From: Minisyncoccota bacterium
GTDB lineage: Bacteria > Patescibacteriota > Minisyncoccia > Phycocordibacterales > UBA918
Length of the DNA: 64,000 nt
Reading direction: 5' to 3'
Assembly (NCBI GenBank): GCA_021129515.1
Contig: JAJOLD010000001.1
Span: 61,633-125,632 of the forward strand
The notes beneath the pieces were generated by a model. It was not told where the DNA came from and searched no databases. It saw only the letters and a program-made list of their open reading frames with translations. Made by a program: the position numbers and the translations under genes. Below are positions 1 to 10,872 of this stretch, piece by piece (the first letter of the stretch is position 1; every line of letters begins with the position of its first letter).

Positions 1-297
1 ATCACCGAAACACAGCGACGTAGAGAACTCCAGCTTGCGTACAATGAACAACATGGTATCACCCCAGAAACCATCAAAAAAGAAATTCACGACATCACGA
101 GCCAACTTCATACCGAGCACACCGAGACGGTAAACACACTACTCACTGTAGACGCTGAGCGATATGCACAAAATCCAAAGAAAGTTATCAAGGAAAAACG
201 AGCACAGATGGAGGAAGCGGTCAAAATACTCGACTTTGAAACCGCAGCAATCCTACGCGACGAAATAGCAGCACTCGAATCACTCAACAAAAAGTAA
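1..297 (+). CDS. uvrB: Excinuclease ABC subunit B, C-terminal fragment (runs off window start)
   Basis: Frame 1 reads ...ETQRRRELQLAYNEQHGITPETIKK...MEEAVKILDFETAAILRDEI, the UvrB C-terminus with UVR coiled coil; stop TAA at 295-297; uvrA lies nearby. Confidence 0.93.
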   Translation: MTETQRRRELQLAYNEQHGITPETIKKEIHDITSQLHTEHTETVNTLLTVDAERYAQNPKKVIKEKRAQMEEAVKILDFETAAILRDEIAALESLNKK

Positions 298-321
298 TCG
301 GCACATACCACACTACGCCGT

Positions 322-342
322 ATTAGGGATGCAATCCCTAAT
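322..342. repeat. REP-like palindrome, family A (dispersed copy)
   Basis: ATTAGGGAT-GCA-ATCCCTAAT; same arms as the palindromes flanking the RAYT at 32.5-33.2 kb. Confidence 0.75.
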
Positions 343-406
343 GATGCAGGGTAGTTATCGACAGGCATATATGTCATGGCGTGATGCACTTTGTATACTG
401 TAGGTA

Positions 407-2683
407 ATGGCGACCAAAAAAGTCACCACTTCTAAACGAGTAGGTACAAAAAAAGCAGCCACGAAAAAACGTACAACGAGAGCACGAAGTGCAAAAAAAA
501 CAACAAAAAAGCGAGCTTCAAAAGCACCAACACGTGCAGTTAAAAAACGTGCCGCAACAACAAAAAAACCTACGCAAAAACACAGAGCACTGATGAAGCG
601 TCCTTCAGTTGCACTCAGTGCACGCCGTTTACAACTCTCCATACTCTCTCCGTTTCGTCTTCCTATTAACCATGATGCGATACTCACACAAACAGCACGC
701 TATGCTGGGTGGGCACTTATGAGTATTGGGGTGTGTATTGCATCATTTCAGATACACCACGTACATACCTTCTACGCACAGGTGGTCGCGCAGCAAGCAA
801 GTACTATTACTGCCACGACGGCTACTTCAAGTGGTGCTACTTCTACAGCACCAACAGCTACCGCACCCATTTCAGTGACGCTTGGCACGGCTAACCCATT
901 ACACGATACAACAGGAATACGCATTGAAGCCACTGATGCAGCTGGGGTAACTGCCGTGCTTTTTCATACAGCATCACAGCAATTCATAACACTTGGAAGC
1001 GGCAGCAAACAAGAACAGCATATATGGTACATACCGTGGGACACCACCATGTATCCCGATGGAATCTACACCCTTAAACTAATTGTAAAAGACACATCAG
1101 GCACCTATGACTGGGAGTACGGTGACTCGCTCGTTGTACAAAACACACCCGACCAGCAAAACACGCTCTTTGCAACGACCACAACAGAAACAGCTACCAG
1201 TTCTGCACACACCAGCTCACAGGAAGATGTTGTGCCGTACAACACGACCACTGCTGCCACACACCTCACACCGACCACCACCATACACTTTGCACATGAC
1301 GGCCCCTATAGTGGTCATGTACCGTTTGTTCTAACGGTTGCACATGCAACATCTGTTGAAGTCTATGCGCAACACCACACGGGTCGCCTTGAACAGTATC
1401 TCGGCACCGCACAAACACTTGATGCTGCACGATGGCGTTTTGGATTTGATTCAACAGCACTTCCAAACGGCATCTATACACTTGTCTTTAAAATAACCAC
1501 CCCGTATGGCGTGCACACAGACACGACACACTCACTTACCATTGCAAACGAAATACACACTCCATACACCGAAGCACAGCAAGCCTATATAGACAGTCTT
1601 ACCGTAACGCAGATACCGACACTCACCACACACGACACGCATGCAACGACGAGTACCACACCACCACAAGCAGGGCAGATAGTTACTTCAGCAACTGCGG
1701 ATGCAGCTATACAACCATTGCTCGAGGAGCATCACGAAGCTATTACCGAAGTGCAATTATCGCTTGCGCAAGCAATTCGTTCTGGTAATCAAGACCGCAT
1801 CCATACCGCTCGTGAAGCAGTGCAGACACTCAAACAGACCATTATCGATACACTCGACATCCAGGCAACAACAACCATGCATACCTATACGCAGACACTT
1901 TCACAGGCGTTTGAAGCAATCACCATTGAAACTGAGCGTAATGAACGCCTCATTCGTAGCCGTGTTGGCGATGCAGTTACCGCAGATACCGATGCAGATG
2001 GTGTGACTGATTATGATGAGATAAATTTATACAGTACCAATCCATTTTCAGCTGACACCGATGGTGATGGCTTTACCGATGCCTACGAGATAGCCTCAGG
2101 ATTCAATCCATTAGAGAGCACACCTGAAGCATTGGTCACCTATGCATCACCTAAAGACTCGGGCACAGAGCGTGCAGATATACTTTCAGTGACCGACATC
2201 ACCGCCCTCACTCATGAACATACAGACGCACCGAGCGCAGACATGCCCCCAGCGGCACTTATTACGGGCACCGCACTCCCAAACAGTTATGTCACACTGT
2301 ATATCTTTAGTACACCAATTATGAGCACCGTACGCACTGATGCGGCAGGGAACTGGAGCTATACCTTTGATAAAGCCCTTGAAGATGGCACCCATGAAAT
2401 ATATGTGGGTATGACCGATAACACCGGCGCACTCATTGCAAAAAGTAAGCCGTTTATGTTTGTAAAACGAGCCGCAGCATTTACCCCTGCTACAGCACAC
2501 ACAGCGCATCCACCAGTACCGTCTGAGACACCGACACTAGCAACTGATACAGAGTCGTCGTTCCTTGCGCAACACGTTATTTTGCTCATACTCTCGTTTA
2601 CCATTATTGTGCTTGGACTTGCATTACTTCTTATGGGACTCCATATCAAACCAGAGGCACCTCCTGCGTCCGCACAGGCGTAA
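407..2683 (+). CDS. Membrane-anchored surface protein: Lys/Arg-rich N-tail, TM helix, Ig-like domains, TSP3-like Ca-binding repeats, C-terminal TM
   Basis: 758-aa ORF; KKAATKK-type N-terminus; WDTTMYPDGIYTL and FDSTALPNGIYTL Ig-like motifs; DTDADGVTDYDE...DTDGDGFTDAYE repeats; hydrophobic C-terminus. Confidence 0.8.
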   Translation: MATKKVTTSKRVGTKKAATKKRTTRARSAKKTTKKRASKAPTRAVKKRAATTKKPTQKHRALMKRPSVALSARRLQLSILSPFRLPINHDAILTQTARYAGWALMSIGVCIASFQIHHVHTFYAQVVAQQASTITATTATSSGATSTAPTATAPISVTLGTANPLHDTTGIRIEATDAAGVTAVLFHTASQQFITLGSGSKQEQHIWYIPWDTTMYPDGIYTLKLIVKDTSGTYDWEYGDSLVVQNTPDQQNTLFATTTTETATSSAHTSSQEDVVPYNTTTAATHLTPTTTIHFAHDGPYSGHVPFVLTVAHATSVEVYAQHHTGRLEQYLGTAQTLDAARWRFGFDSTALPNGIYTLVFKITTPYGVHTDTTHSLTIANEIHTPYTEAQQAYIDSLTVTQIPTLTTHDTHATTSTTPPQAGQIVTSATADAAIQPLLEEHHEAITEVQLSLAQAIRSGNQDRIHTAREAVQTLKQTIIDTLDIQATTTMHTYTQTLSQAFEAITIETERNERLIRSRVGDAVTADTDADGVTDYDEINLYSTNPFSADTDGDGFTDAYEIASGFNPLESTPEALVTYASPKDSGTERADILSVTDITALTHEHTDAPSADMPPAALITGTALPNSYVTLYIFSTPIMSTVRTDAAGNWSYTFDKALEDGTHEIYVGMTDNTGALIAKSKPFMFVKRAAAFTPATAHTAHPPVPSETPTLATDTESSFLAQHVILLILSFTIIVLGLALLLMGLHIKPEAPPASAQA

Positions 2684-2742
2684 CACAGACGCACAGCATC
2701 ACTATGCATTGTGTGGTATATTCATAGACGCATTATTCTTGT

Positions 2743-5382
2743 ATGGCATCAAAAAAACAACCAAAAACTGGCTGGCATGCACGCGATGACGAACACATCA
2801 TCATCCGCGGCGCACGCACACACAACCTCAAAAATATTGACGTCGATATGCCACGCAACAAACTGGTGGTGATTACTGGACTTTCTGGATCGGGCAAGTC
2901 ATCACTTGCATTTGACACTATCTTTGCAGAAGGGCAGCGACGCTATATTGAATCACTATCAGCATACGCACGACAGTTTCTTCGGCAAATGCAAAAACCC
3001 GACATCGATGAAATCTCAGGGCTTTCTCCCGCTATTTCAATTGACCAAAAGTCAGCATCGCGCAATCCACGCTCCACTGTAGCGACCATTACCGAAATAT
3101 ATGACTATTTGCGCATCCTCTATGCGCGCATAGGGCAACCCTACTGTATTGATACCGATGTACCTATTCAAAAACTCTCACAAGATGAGATTTTAGGTAT
3201 TATATTGAAGTCAATCGAAGAAAAAGAAATCAAAAAAGCGACCAAGGCCTCTGCTCAAGAGGTCATGGGTGTGTCAGTAAGTACCGCAAAGGTAGCCATT
3301 TTTTCACCAGTAGTTGTTGGAAGAAAAGGTGAATACTACCAACTTCTCTACGATTTGCTCGGTAAAGGCTACGAAACGGTCAAAATCGATGGGGAAGTGA
3401 AGCAGCTTCGTGAGAAAATCACCCTGAGCAAAACAAAACGCCATGACATAGATGTGCTCATCGACAAAATCTATGTCAGTGAGTTTACAGACGATCCTAA
3501 AGGATCAAAAGAGCGTCTTTCAGAAGCGGTAGAACTCGCACTCAAAGAATCTGAGGGTCTGGTCAAAATTGAGAACCCTGATGGCACCGAGCGCACCCTC
3601 TCTGCAAAATTTATTTGTCCGGTTGATGGCTCCTCATTCCCAGAGGTAGAGCCACGCCTTTTTTCTTTCAATTCGCCCTATGGTGCCTGTGAGGAGTGTA
3701 ATGGACTTGGTACCGTGGGTCTCTTTAATACTGACATTTGTCCAAGTTGTAAGGGTGCACGACTCCGCAAAGAAGCACTTCGGGTATATCTTGGTGGCGA
3801 TGGTAAAAAAGATTTAGGTAAGAACATTGTCGATTTCACCTCTATGACCATCGAGGAAGCCGCTGACTTTATCGCCAATCTCAAACTCAGTAAAACAGAA
3901 CAAGACATTGCATGGCCTGCATTACGTGAAATCATTGAACGCTTGCAGTTTATGATAAATGTTGGTATTGAATACCTCACACTCGATAGACGTGCGAACA
4001 CCCTCTCAGGTGGTGAAGCACAGCGTATTAGGCTTGCCTCACAACTCGGTTCAGGACTGGTAGGAGCACTCTATGTGCTTGATGAACCCACAATAGGGCT
4101 CCATCAACGCGATAATGACCGCCTCATAAAAACCCTTACCGAACTGCGTGACCTTGGCAATACCATCGTCGTAGTCGAGCACGACGAAGACACTATCTAT
4201 GCAGCAGATTATATCGTTGACATTGGTCCTGGAGCAGGAGTCCATGGGGGAGAAGTGGTTGTGTCTGGCTATCTCGACACGTTGCTCGATGCAAAAACCA
4301 ATCCTTCAAAGTCGGTCACACTTGACTATCTCCGCGGAGACAGAGCCATCCCCATACCTGAGCAACGACGAGATGCAGAAAAGGGCTCCCTCAAAATTCG
4401 CGGTGGCAAAGCATTCAACATCAAAAACGCGCAGATAGATATACCGTTGGGTAGATTTATTGCTGTTACGGGTGTTTCAGGATCAGGAAAGTCAACATTT
4501 ATGTATGAAATTGTACACAAAAACCTCAGGTCACGCCTTGATAAAAAATACCGCACCCCAGATACCTACAACGCAAAAAGCGTTACCGGCACCGAGTATC
4601 TTGGGCGCACTATCCTTATAGACCAGTCACCAATTGGGCGCACTCCACGCTCTAACCCTGCGACATATACAGGTGCATTTACCCATATTCGTGATTTATT
4701 TGCCGCAACCAGTGAGGCACGCGCGCGCGGTTGGAAATCTGGACGATTTTCTTTTAACGTCAAAGGTGGTCGGTGTGAGGCGTGTCAGGGTAATGGTATG
4801 GTTGCTATTGAGATGCATTTTTTGCCAACTGTGTATGTAACCTGTGACGTTTGCAACGGCACCCGATTTACCAAAGAAACACTCGACGTTACCTATAAAG
4901 ACAAAAATATCCACGAGGTACTCCATATGACCATTGAAGAAGCCGACAACTTTTTCATTGACGTACCAGCTATTCATGAGCGACTTAAGGCGCTCCTCGA
5001 CGTCGGACTTGGTTATCTTGAGCTTGGACAAAGCGCAACGACACTCTCTGGAGGGGAAGCACAGCGTGTCAAAATTGCGTCAGAGCTCTATCGTCCACAT
5101 ACAAGCAAAACCATGTACCTACTCGATGAACCGACTATCGGACTGCATTACGAAGATGTTCGAAAATTAATTGAAATTCTCCAAGAATTGGTCAACCGAG
5201 GCAACACCGTTATGGTCATTGAGCACAATCTTGACCTTATTAAATGCGCAGACTATATCATTGACATTGGACCTGAGGGTGGCGCACGCGGTGGCAACAT
5301 CGTTGCAAAGGGTACACCGGAAGATGTGGCTAAAAACAAAGACTCTTTCACCGGTCACTATCTCAAAAAGCTTTTGAAATAG
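2743..5382 (+). CDS. uvrA: Excinuclease ABC subunit A
   Basis: [10 protein letters not shown], two Walker A motifs ([16 protein letters not shown]), LSGGEAQR twice, zinc-finger cysteines. Confidence 0.98.
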   Translation: MASKKQPKTGWHARDDEHIIIRGARTHNLKNIDVDMPRNKLVVITGLSGSGKSSLAFDTIFAEGQRRYIESLSAYARQFLRQMQKPDIDEISGLSPAISIDQKSASRNPRSTVATITEIYDYLRILYARIGQPYCIDTDVPIQKLSQDEILGIILKSIEEKEIKKATKASAQEVMGVSVSTAKVAIFSPVVVGRKGEYYQLLYDLLGKGYETVKIDGEVKQLREKITLSKTKRHDIDVLIDKIYVSEFTDDPKGSKERLSEAVELALKESEGLVKIENPDGTERTLSAKFICPVDGSSFPEVEPRLFSFNSPYGACEECNGLGTVGLFNTDICPSCKGARLRKEALRVYLGGDGKKDLGKNIVDFTSMTIEEAADFIANLKLSKTEQDIAWPALREIIERLQFMINVGIEYLTLDRRANTLSGGEAQRIRLASQLGSGLVGALYVLDEPTIGLHQRDNDRLIKTLTELRDLGNTIVVVEHDEDTIYAADYIVDIGPGAGVHGGEVVVSGYLDTLLDAKTNPSKSVTLDYLRGDRAIPIPEQRRDAEKGSLKIRGGKAFNIKNAQIDIPLGRFIAVTGVSGSGKSTFMYEIVHKNLRSRLDKKYRTPDTYNAKSVTGTEYLGRTILIDQSPIGRTPRSNPATYTGAFTHIRDLFAATSEARARGWKSGRFSFNVKGGRCEACQGNGMVAIEMHFLPTVYVTCDVCNGTRFTKETLDVTYKDKNIHEVLHMTIEEADNFFIDVPAIHERLKALLDVGLGYLELGQSATTLSGGEAQRVKIASELYRPHTSKTMYLLDEPTIGLHYEDVRKLIEILQELVNRGNTVMVIEHNLDLIKCADYIIDIGPEGGARGGNIVAKGTPEDVAKNKDSFTGHYLKKLLK

Positions 5383-5474
5383 TATCGAATGTGCATAACA
5401 CAGACACGTTGTATCAATAAAAAGGTATAATGGGTTTTTAGAGGTTCTCACTTACATCCATACGGAGGTACACC

Positions 5475-5648
5475 ATGGAGAGCAGGGCACTTACTTTCGA
5501 AGAGAGTAGACATTTACGAGAGGTGTATGAAGCATATCGAGACGCACCTCTAGGATTATTGCGGCGTGTATATTGGTATAAGCAATATCACAAGACATCA
5601 TTTATGCGCATAATAAAGGCAATGTGTACACCTCGTACACACAAATGA
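5475..5648 (+). CDS. Small orphan protein (57 aa), not in ORF track
   Basis: GGAGG 6 nt upstream of ATG; reads MESRALTFEESRHLREVY...PRTHK; TATAAT upstream and a terminator immediately downstream. Confidence 0.5.
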   Translation: MESRALTFEESRHLREVYEAYRDAPLGLLRRVYWYKQYHKTSFMRIIKAMCTPRTHK

Positions 5649-5657
5649 TGTATAGGC

Positions 5658-5689
5658 AAAAAACCTGGGCAAACTGTCCAGGTTTTTTC
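5658..5689. terminator. Bidirectional intrinsic terminator
   Basis: AAAAAACCTGGGCA-AAC-TGTCCAGGTTTTTT between convergent genes. Confidence 0.8.
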
Positions 5690-5707
5690 TCATATATCTC
5701 TCATACG

Positions 5708-7036
5708 CTACTCAGCAATAAAGGTGAGGGCTTTACCACGCTGTGTACCACGACCAGTGCGGCCAATGCGGTGTACATAGTCTTCAAAAGTGCTCGGCAG
5801 GTCATAATTGATAACATGTGAGACATTATCAACATGAATACCGCGCGCGGCGACGTCGGTTGCAACAAGCACGCGTGCATTTCCGCTCTTAAACTTTCGC
5901 AATGAGTGCTGTCGCTGTCCATGGCTCTTGTTACCATGGATTGATTCTGAGGCAATACCGTGCGCCACCAGTGCCTTCGAGAGCTTCTCAACACTGTGTT
6001 TCATAGCACCAAAAATAATGACGCGCTTGAACGCTGGGTCCTCAAGGAGCTCAGTCAATGTGTGGAATTTGTCACTATGCGCGAACGGTACGACGTCTTG
6101 CTCAATACTATTAGTCACGTCTTTCTTCTTTACGGAAATAGTGACAGGGTCGGTAAGGAAGTCGTGCACCAGTGCTTCAATGTCCTTTGACATCGTCGCT
6201 GAGAAAAAGAGCGTCTCATGTGCATGTGGCACTGCGTCCATAATCTTGCGCATGTCATGAATGAATCCCATGTCGAGCATACGGTCTGCCTCGTCGAGTA
6301 CCACCGTGCTGATGCGGTCCATTTTTAGATTTCCACGATCGATAAGGTCGAGGATACGACCTGGTGTACCAATAATGAAATGGTTTTTGCGACGGAGTGC
6401 ATTGATTTGTGGACGAATGTTGGTACCACCCACGCAGGTTGTTGCATACTGCTTAAAACTCTTTGAGAGCTTTCGAAACTCAGCTTCTATCTGCAGTGCA
6501 AGCTCACGGGTTGGGGTTAGAATAATGGTTTGGCGATTGTACTCCTTATCTGTTTTGTGAATGAGTGGAAGCAAAAACGCAGCTGTCTTTCCCGTACCGG
6601 TCTCTGCAAGCCCTATAACATCGCGACCCTTCAAGATTTCAGGAATTGCTTGGTCCTGAATAGGTGATGGGGTTGTGATGCCGAGGTTGTGGACGGTCTT
6701 TACCAATCGATACACCAGCCCAAAGTCTTTAAAGGTGTGCTTTGGTGTATAGATTTCTTCTTTCTGTTCGACAGGGTTTTTGTTGATGAATTGAGATGGA
6801 TCAAATGTTGGCTGTACTCGTCCACCACGACCAGTGCGACGTCCTTTACCGTGGTGTCGACCACCACGAAATGACCCACCGCCACGGCGAGGTCCTTGAT
6901 TGCTTATATTGTTGTTTCGGCGACGTGACCCGCTACTTGAAAACGGGCGTCGCTTGCTCGAATTAGAGCCATTCCGATTGTGTCGGGGGCTCGAACTAGA
7001 GCCATTCCGACTTCGTCGGTGTTGTGTTGTTTGCAT
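5708..7036 (-). CDS. DEAD-box RNA helicase with N-terminal R/G/S-rich extension
   Basis: Q motif (PSPIQ), AETGTGKT, PTRELA, DEAD, SAT, HRIGRTGR. Confidence 0.96.
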   Translation of the reverse strand: MQTTQHRRSRNGSSSSPRHNRNGSNSSKRRPFSSSGSRRRNNNISNQGPRRGGGSFRGGRHHGKGRRTGRGGRVQPTFDPSQFINKNPVEQKEEIYTPKHTFKDFGLVYRLVKTVHNLGITTPSPIQDQAIPEILKGRDVIGLAETGTGKTAAFLLPLIHKTDKEYNRQTIILTPTRELALQIEAEFRKLSKSFKQYATTCVGGTNIRPQINALRRKNHFIIGTPGRILDLIDRGNLKMDRISTVVLDEADRMLDMGFIHDMRKIMDAVPHAHETLFFSATMSKDIEALVHDFLTDPVTISVKKKDVTNSIEQDVVPFAHSDKFHTLTELLEDPAFKRVIIFGAMKHSVEKLSKALVAHGIASESIHGNKSHGQRQHSLRKFKSGNARVLVATDVAARGIHVDNVSHVINYDLPSTFEDYVHRIGRTGRGTQRGKALTFIAE

Positions 7037-7054
7037 CTATAGTTGTTGTTTAGT

Positions 7055-7161
7055 GTGTGGGAGTTACTGAGACAAGCACGAGTACTTTCTGCAGGACATT
7101 ACTAACGAGAGGGTAGTTCTGCATGTCGAAGAGAAACACCCCATGCTTCTGGACCCCACAC
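7055..7161 (-). promoter_or_regulatory. Candidate structured 5' leader of the DEAD-box helicase
   Basis: Minus strand GTGTGGG...CCCACAC enclosing AAGCATGGGGTGTTTCT / AGAAAGTACTCGTGCTT; TTGACG-17-TATTTT promoter just upstream. Confidence 0.55.
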
Positions 7162-7240
7162 GAGTATCAAAAGCGTTGCGGTAAAATAACATATTTTTTA
7201 TTATTCGTCAATGTTTCTGTGGAATGATTCGTGATTATAT

Positions 7241-8284
7241 ATGTGCAGAACACACGTATCTTCCACAATCAGTTCGAGAGGAAAAAATCATGTTTACACA
7301 CCTTTTTCATCTCCACAAAGCGTATCTCAGGTACCAGTACCACATAGGGTTGCAAGACCATTGCAAACATGCGCTTCGCTATACGAGCACGAAATTAAAC
7401 ATATTTGGCGAGGCACAGTGCCGCTTCTTGCACATATCAATGATGTGTCGAGACTGCTTGCACATAATACATCAGAGCGCACACTTATAGCCCTTTTGGC
7501 ACCTCAAGCATTTTTAACTGCACGTTTTCTTCCAGGTATTTCGCATGCACAGCTACACACTACTTTGAGCAAAGGTCTTGCAGACATGTCTGCTGCACAG
7601 TTCAATGTAGCAACAGCAGATGCAGATATAGTGAAATTTCTCAAGGTACTTCTGACGTACAACCAGCAGTTCTCTAGAAGACACAATCTACAAGACCTCA
7701 GGAGCACTGCATTCTATAGTGAACTCTTTCTTGATTTAGCGAATACTGCTGAAACACATCAGCTCCCTGACACTGCACAATGGTGCATTGCGGAAGGACT
7801 CACAAGAAGTAGGATGAGCCACGACATCACTCTGTTATACAGCACATTCTTTCGGAAGTTGTTGTCGGCACCTTTGAATCAGCAATACAAAAGATATGGT
7901 GCTTGGAGTATCAAAAACAGCATACTGGAAATACATTCTGAACTAAGACCCCCACATCTGGAATTGTATTGGTCCGTGGTCAGCGATGCCGTAGATGGTG
8001 GAATAGAAAATTTTTCACTCACAGAATCAATTACCTTTCTTATGTCTCAAAAATTTCATTTTACAACACCTGTTGCAAGAATTTTTGGGAAGCTGTATGA
8101 AGAAAACCCCGTATGTGCCAAAGATTTCCCAACCTATCTACTTGATGGGGACGAGGAATGGAAACCTAACGCACTGAATCTCCAAGCACTATATAGGCAG
8201 GTAACATCTCTTCGTGATGCTGGATTATCAGGAGTTTTGGACGCTTCTATAGAAAAAGATGCGGAGGATACAGCAGTACAGTAA
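7241..8284 (+). CDS. Hypothetical orphan protein (start uncertain; possible frameshift near 7295)
   Basis: 347-aa ORF with no recognisable motif; the SD-preceded ATG near 7290 is in another frame. Confidence 0.6.
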   Translation: MCRTHVSSTISSRGKNHVYTPFSSPQSVSQVPVPHRVARPLQTCASLYEHEIKHIWRGTVPLLAHINDVSRLLAHNTSERTLIALLAPQAFLTARFLPGISHAQLHTTLSKGLADMSAAQFNVATADADIVKFLKVLLTYNQQFSRRHNLQDLRSTAFYSELFLDLANTAETHQLPDTAQWCIAEGLTRSRMSHDITLLYSTFFRKLLSAPLNQQYKRYGAWSIKNSILEIHSELRPPHLELYWSVVSDAVDGGIENFSLTESITFLMSQKFHFTTPVARIFGKLYEENPVCAKDFPTYLLDGDEEWKPNALNLQALYRQVTSLRDAGLSGVLDASIEKDAEDTAVQ

Positions 8285-8322
8285 CGAAGCAGGACCACGG
8301 TAACGCCGTGGTCCTCATTGTG

Positions 8323-9363
8323 TTACCGACCCTGACCATAAACCTCCTTTAGTTTTGCCACATGCTCCGCATAGGTCACCGAACAGTAGAAGTTGCTTTT
8401 TGTATCGTGAAAATAGAAGAGGCAGTCCGTGCGGCGCGGGTTGAGTGCTGCGAGCACCGCTTCGGGTGCTGGGTTAGCAATAGGCGATGGCGGTAAACCC
8501 GGATGCTCGTAGGTATTAAATGCAGACGTAATATATTTATCATCAGGCACTACTTTCGGCCACCAAGGTCCGTAGGGAAGTGAACCTTTCGCATACTGCA
8601 AACTAGCATCGAGCTGGAGATTCATATCAATAAAAAGTCGATTCCAAATGACACCGGCAATGTAGCGCATGTCGGTAAAGTCGTAGGCTTCCCGCTCAAT
8701 GAGGGACGCAATAATAAGCGCATCTTTAAGCGGTACGAGCGCGGCAGCTTCATCACTATACCGAGCAATAACCTCGGTATTGAATCGATCAATAACCAAG
8801 TGTGCAACCTGTTCGGGTGTTGTGTCCTTCAGTACGGTATAGCTGCCGGGAAAATAGGTGCCGTCGGAAATATGTGGAGTTGCCTCGTGCATGAGGTTGG
8901 TAAACCGGCGACGCTCCTCTACATTCCAGCGCAAAATATCGGCAAAATTTTTGGCAATTTGTTCTTTACGTTCGCCTGGTTGAATGACTAAAATGCGACT
9001 CATTGGAGATGCGAGGTTTTGGAAAAGGTGCGACCTAGTAAGTGCTGCAAGTGTGCGACGAAACCAACTGGTGCGTTTGCTTGCGGCAGGAGTCTTTGCG
9101 ATATGTGTTTCAAAGAATGCATCAACCAGTGCATGCTCAGTGATTGTTTTTGTGATTGGATTCACACCTATCGGAAATTGTGCATGTGGAGATTCGGCAG
9201 GTACAGTGTCGCTAGTGAAAAATTGTACCGATGTATCAAACGCTACCTCTTTTGCTTTCAAAACAAAGAGCAAGGTCAGACTCATACAACACAATATGCT
9301 AAGCAGTATATACAGAACGAACCGACGGTTAGCAGGTGGTGGTGTGTTTACAGGCATACGCAC
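8323..9363 (-). CDS. mltG: Endolytic transglycosylase MltG (YceG family)
   Basis: N-terminal TM; IIASLIEREA (catalytic Glu), IAGVIWNRL, LQLDASLQY, NTYEHPGLPPSPIANP, LFYFH. Confidence 0.93.
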   Translation of the reverse strand: MRMPVNTPPPANRRFVLYILLSILCCMSLTLLFVLKAKEVAFDTSVQFFTSDTVPAESPHAQFPIGVNPITKTITEHALVDAFFETHIAKTPAASKRTSWFRRTLAALTRSHLFQNLASPMSRILVIQPGERKEQIAKNFADILRWNVEERRRFTNLMHEATPHISDGTYFPGSYTVLKDTTPEQVAHLVIDRFNTEVIARYSDEAAALVPLKDALIIASLIEREAYDFTDMRYIAGVIWNRLFIDMNLQLDASLQYAKGSLPYGPWWPKVVPDDKYITSAFNTYEHPGLPPSPIANPAPEAVLAALNPRRTDCLFYFHDTKSNFYCSVTYAEHVAKLKEVYGQGR

Positions 9364-9463
9364 AAATTACCTGCTTAGTGTACCATTGTTGGTATCGTTT
9401 TTTCTTGTAGTACGAGTATACGAGTGATGCCCGGACGCTTGCGTCCAGGCCGTTGCAGATCTT

Positions 9464-10096
9464 TTAGTGATGTTGCGCACTGACTTTGTGAGTCACTGTT
9501 GCTGCTATGCTCTGGTTTTCAGATGTAATGTCGCAAAGCGCTTCGACCACCTTTTGCATTAAGATTGGTCTATCTTGGAGCGTTTCAATCTGCACATCTT
9601 TGCCACCGGCATCATAATAGTCTTGAATAAAAGGCATCCAGAGCTTAAATATGAGGGCAAAACAACGTTGACCATCTTGGCTCTGAAGCATTTAGAGAAG
9701 CTTGCCAACGTCAATGCCAATTTGTGCAAGCATCTGCCACAACTCTTTTGCCTGTGCCGTATTACTCAGATTAATATGGTAAGTACTTTCAAGCATAGCA
9801 TACAGGCGTTCAGGCAGTTACTTGTGCATCGCCTGCGCCTGCAAAAAGGATATACGTTGAGCATTGCATGTATAGAAGTTTGCAGCTGCTGAAGCAAGAC
9901 TGTCTACGGACAGTTGTTGCTGTCTTCGACTCATTCGTTCCCGTCGTTGCTGCCGCTGCCTGCGCGCTTTCTTTGTTTCGGGAGGTGATCTTCGAAGAGA
10001 TATTCTCTGAGAAGCTTTAGGCTACTTTCCACACTTTTGTTTATGACGAACTGTACCACTGCGCCGTTTACCGCAAAGCTTTGCACTTGGGTTCAC
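9464..10096 (-). pseudogene. Orphan pseudogene with three in-frame stops
   Basis: AAGGAG SD then GTG at 10096; one 211-codon frame interrupted by TAG (10022-24), TAA (9818-20), TAA (9692-94); the last segment is track ORF 9464..9691. Confidence 0.55.
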
Positions 10097-10177
10097 AAGG
10101 TACTCCTTCTGGACTTTCCAGATGTGTTGAATATTATCCCGTAATATCACAAAAAAATAAAAAAGGAAGTGACATCC

Positions 10178-10213
10178 AAAAAAAGCACCATCATAGTTGA
10201 TGGCGCTTTTTTT
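10178..10213. terminator. Intrinsic terminator (bidirectional form)
   Basis: A-run GCACCATCA-TAGT-TGATGGCGC T-run. Confidence 0.75.
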
Positions 10214-10337
10214 AGTGAACTTGGGTTTTTATTTTGAACTACAACCTCCGATGGAGATTGCAACGCTGTTTCTTCGAGCACAATGCGTCTCCTAATCGAG
10301 GTTGAAGGAATGATGTAAATGTTCTTATTTTTGACTA
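10178..10337 (-). ncRNA. Candidate small RNA (promoter, long hairpin, terminator)
   Basis: TTGACA(10367-72)-17-TACCGT on minus strand; ~62-nt imperfect hairpin CAACCTCGATTAGGAGAC...TCTCCATCGGAGGTTG; ends at a terminator; no convincing ORF. Confidence 0.4.
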
Positions 10338-10425
10338 CCTATAACGGTACCAATCATGAATAGCGGTGTCAAAAAGTCTGAATATCTGCGCTCTTTTGTG
10401 TCATCACTTTGGTATACTAAACAAA

Positions 10426-10872
10426 ATGAGACCGCATACATATACACAACGCATTGAGAAACTTAAGAGCCGTATGCAATTCTCGGTGGTCTTGGCTTCG
10501 TTTTTTCCTGTGTTATTGCAGGCGATATTTTTTGGGAGCGATGCGACAGCAAACCGTATTATTTTGCTTTGGGGTTTTGTGGTTGCCGTACTAATCACAA
10601 GCTACATGCTGATTGAAATATCACGTGGTGTGATTCATGCAAAAATTCTCTCATACACCAATGCGATGGTACTCCTCAACACCGCGTCATATATTCCGGT
10701 CATGATCATTGCAGCGTTAGTACAGGGAAGTGAAGTTTCGTTTGTGCTTGAGGCACTCTTTCAACTGAGTATGCTTGGTGTATTGGTGATACCGGTAGCT
10801 ATCACCACCTTGCTTGTGTGCAATGTAATACTCAAGGCGTTTCGGATTCAAATTGATGCACCTACGGAGTAA
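10426..10872 (+). CDS. Hypothetical 4-TM membrane protein
   Basis: Four hydrophobic segments; TATACT box shortly upstream of ATG 10426. Confidence 0.7.
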   Translation: MRPHTYTQRIEKLKSRMQFSVVLASFFPVLLQAIFFGSDATANRIILLWGFVVAVLITSYMLIEISRGVIHAKILSYTNAMVLLNTASYIPVMIIAALVQGSEVSFVLEALFQLSMLGVLVIPVAITTLLVCNVILKAFRIQIDAPTE

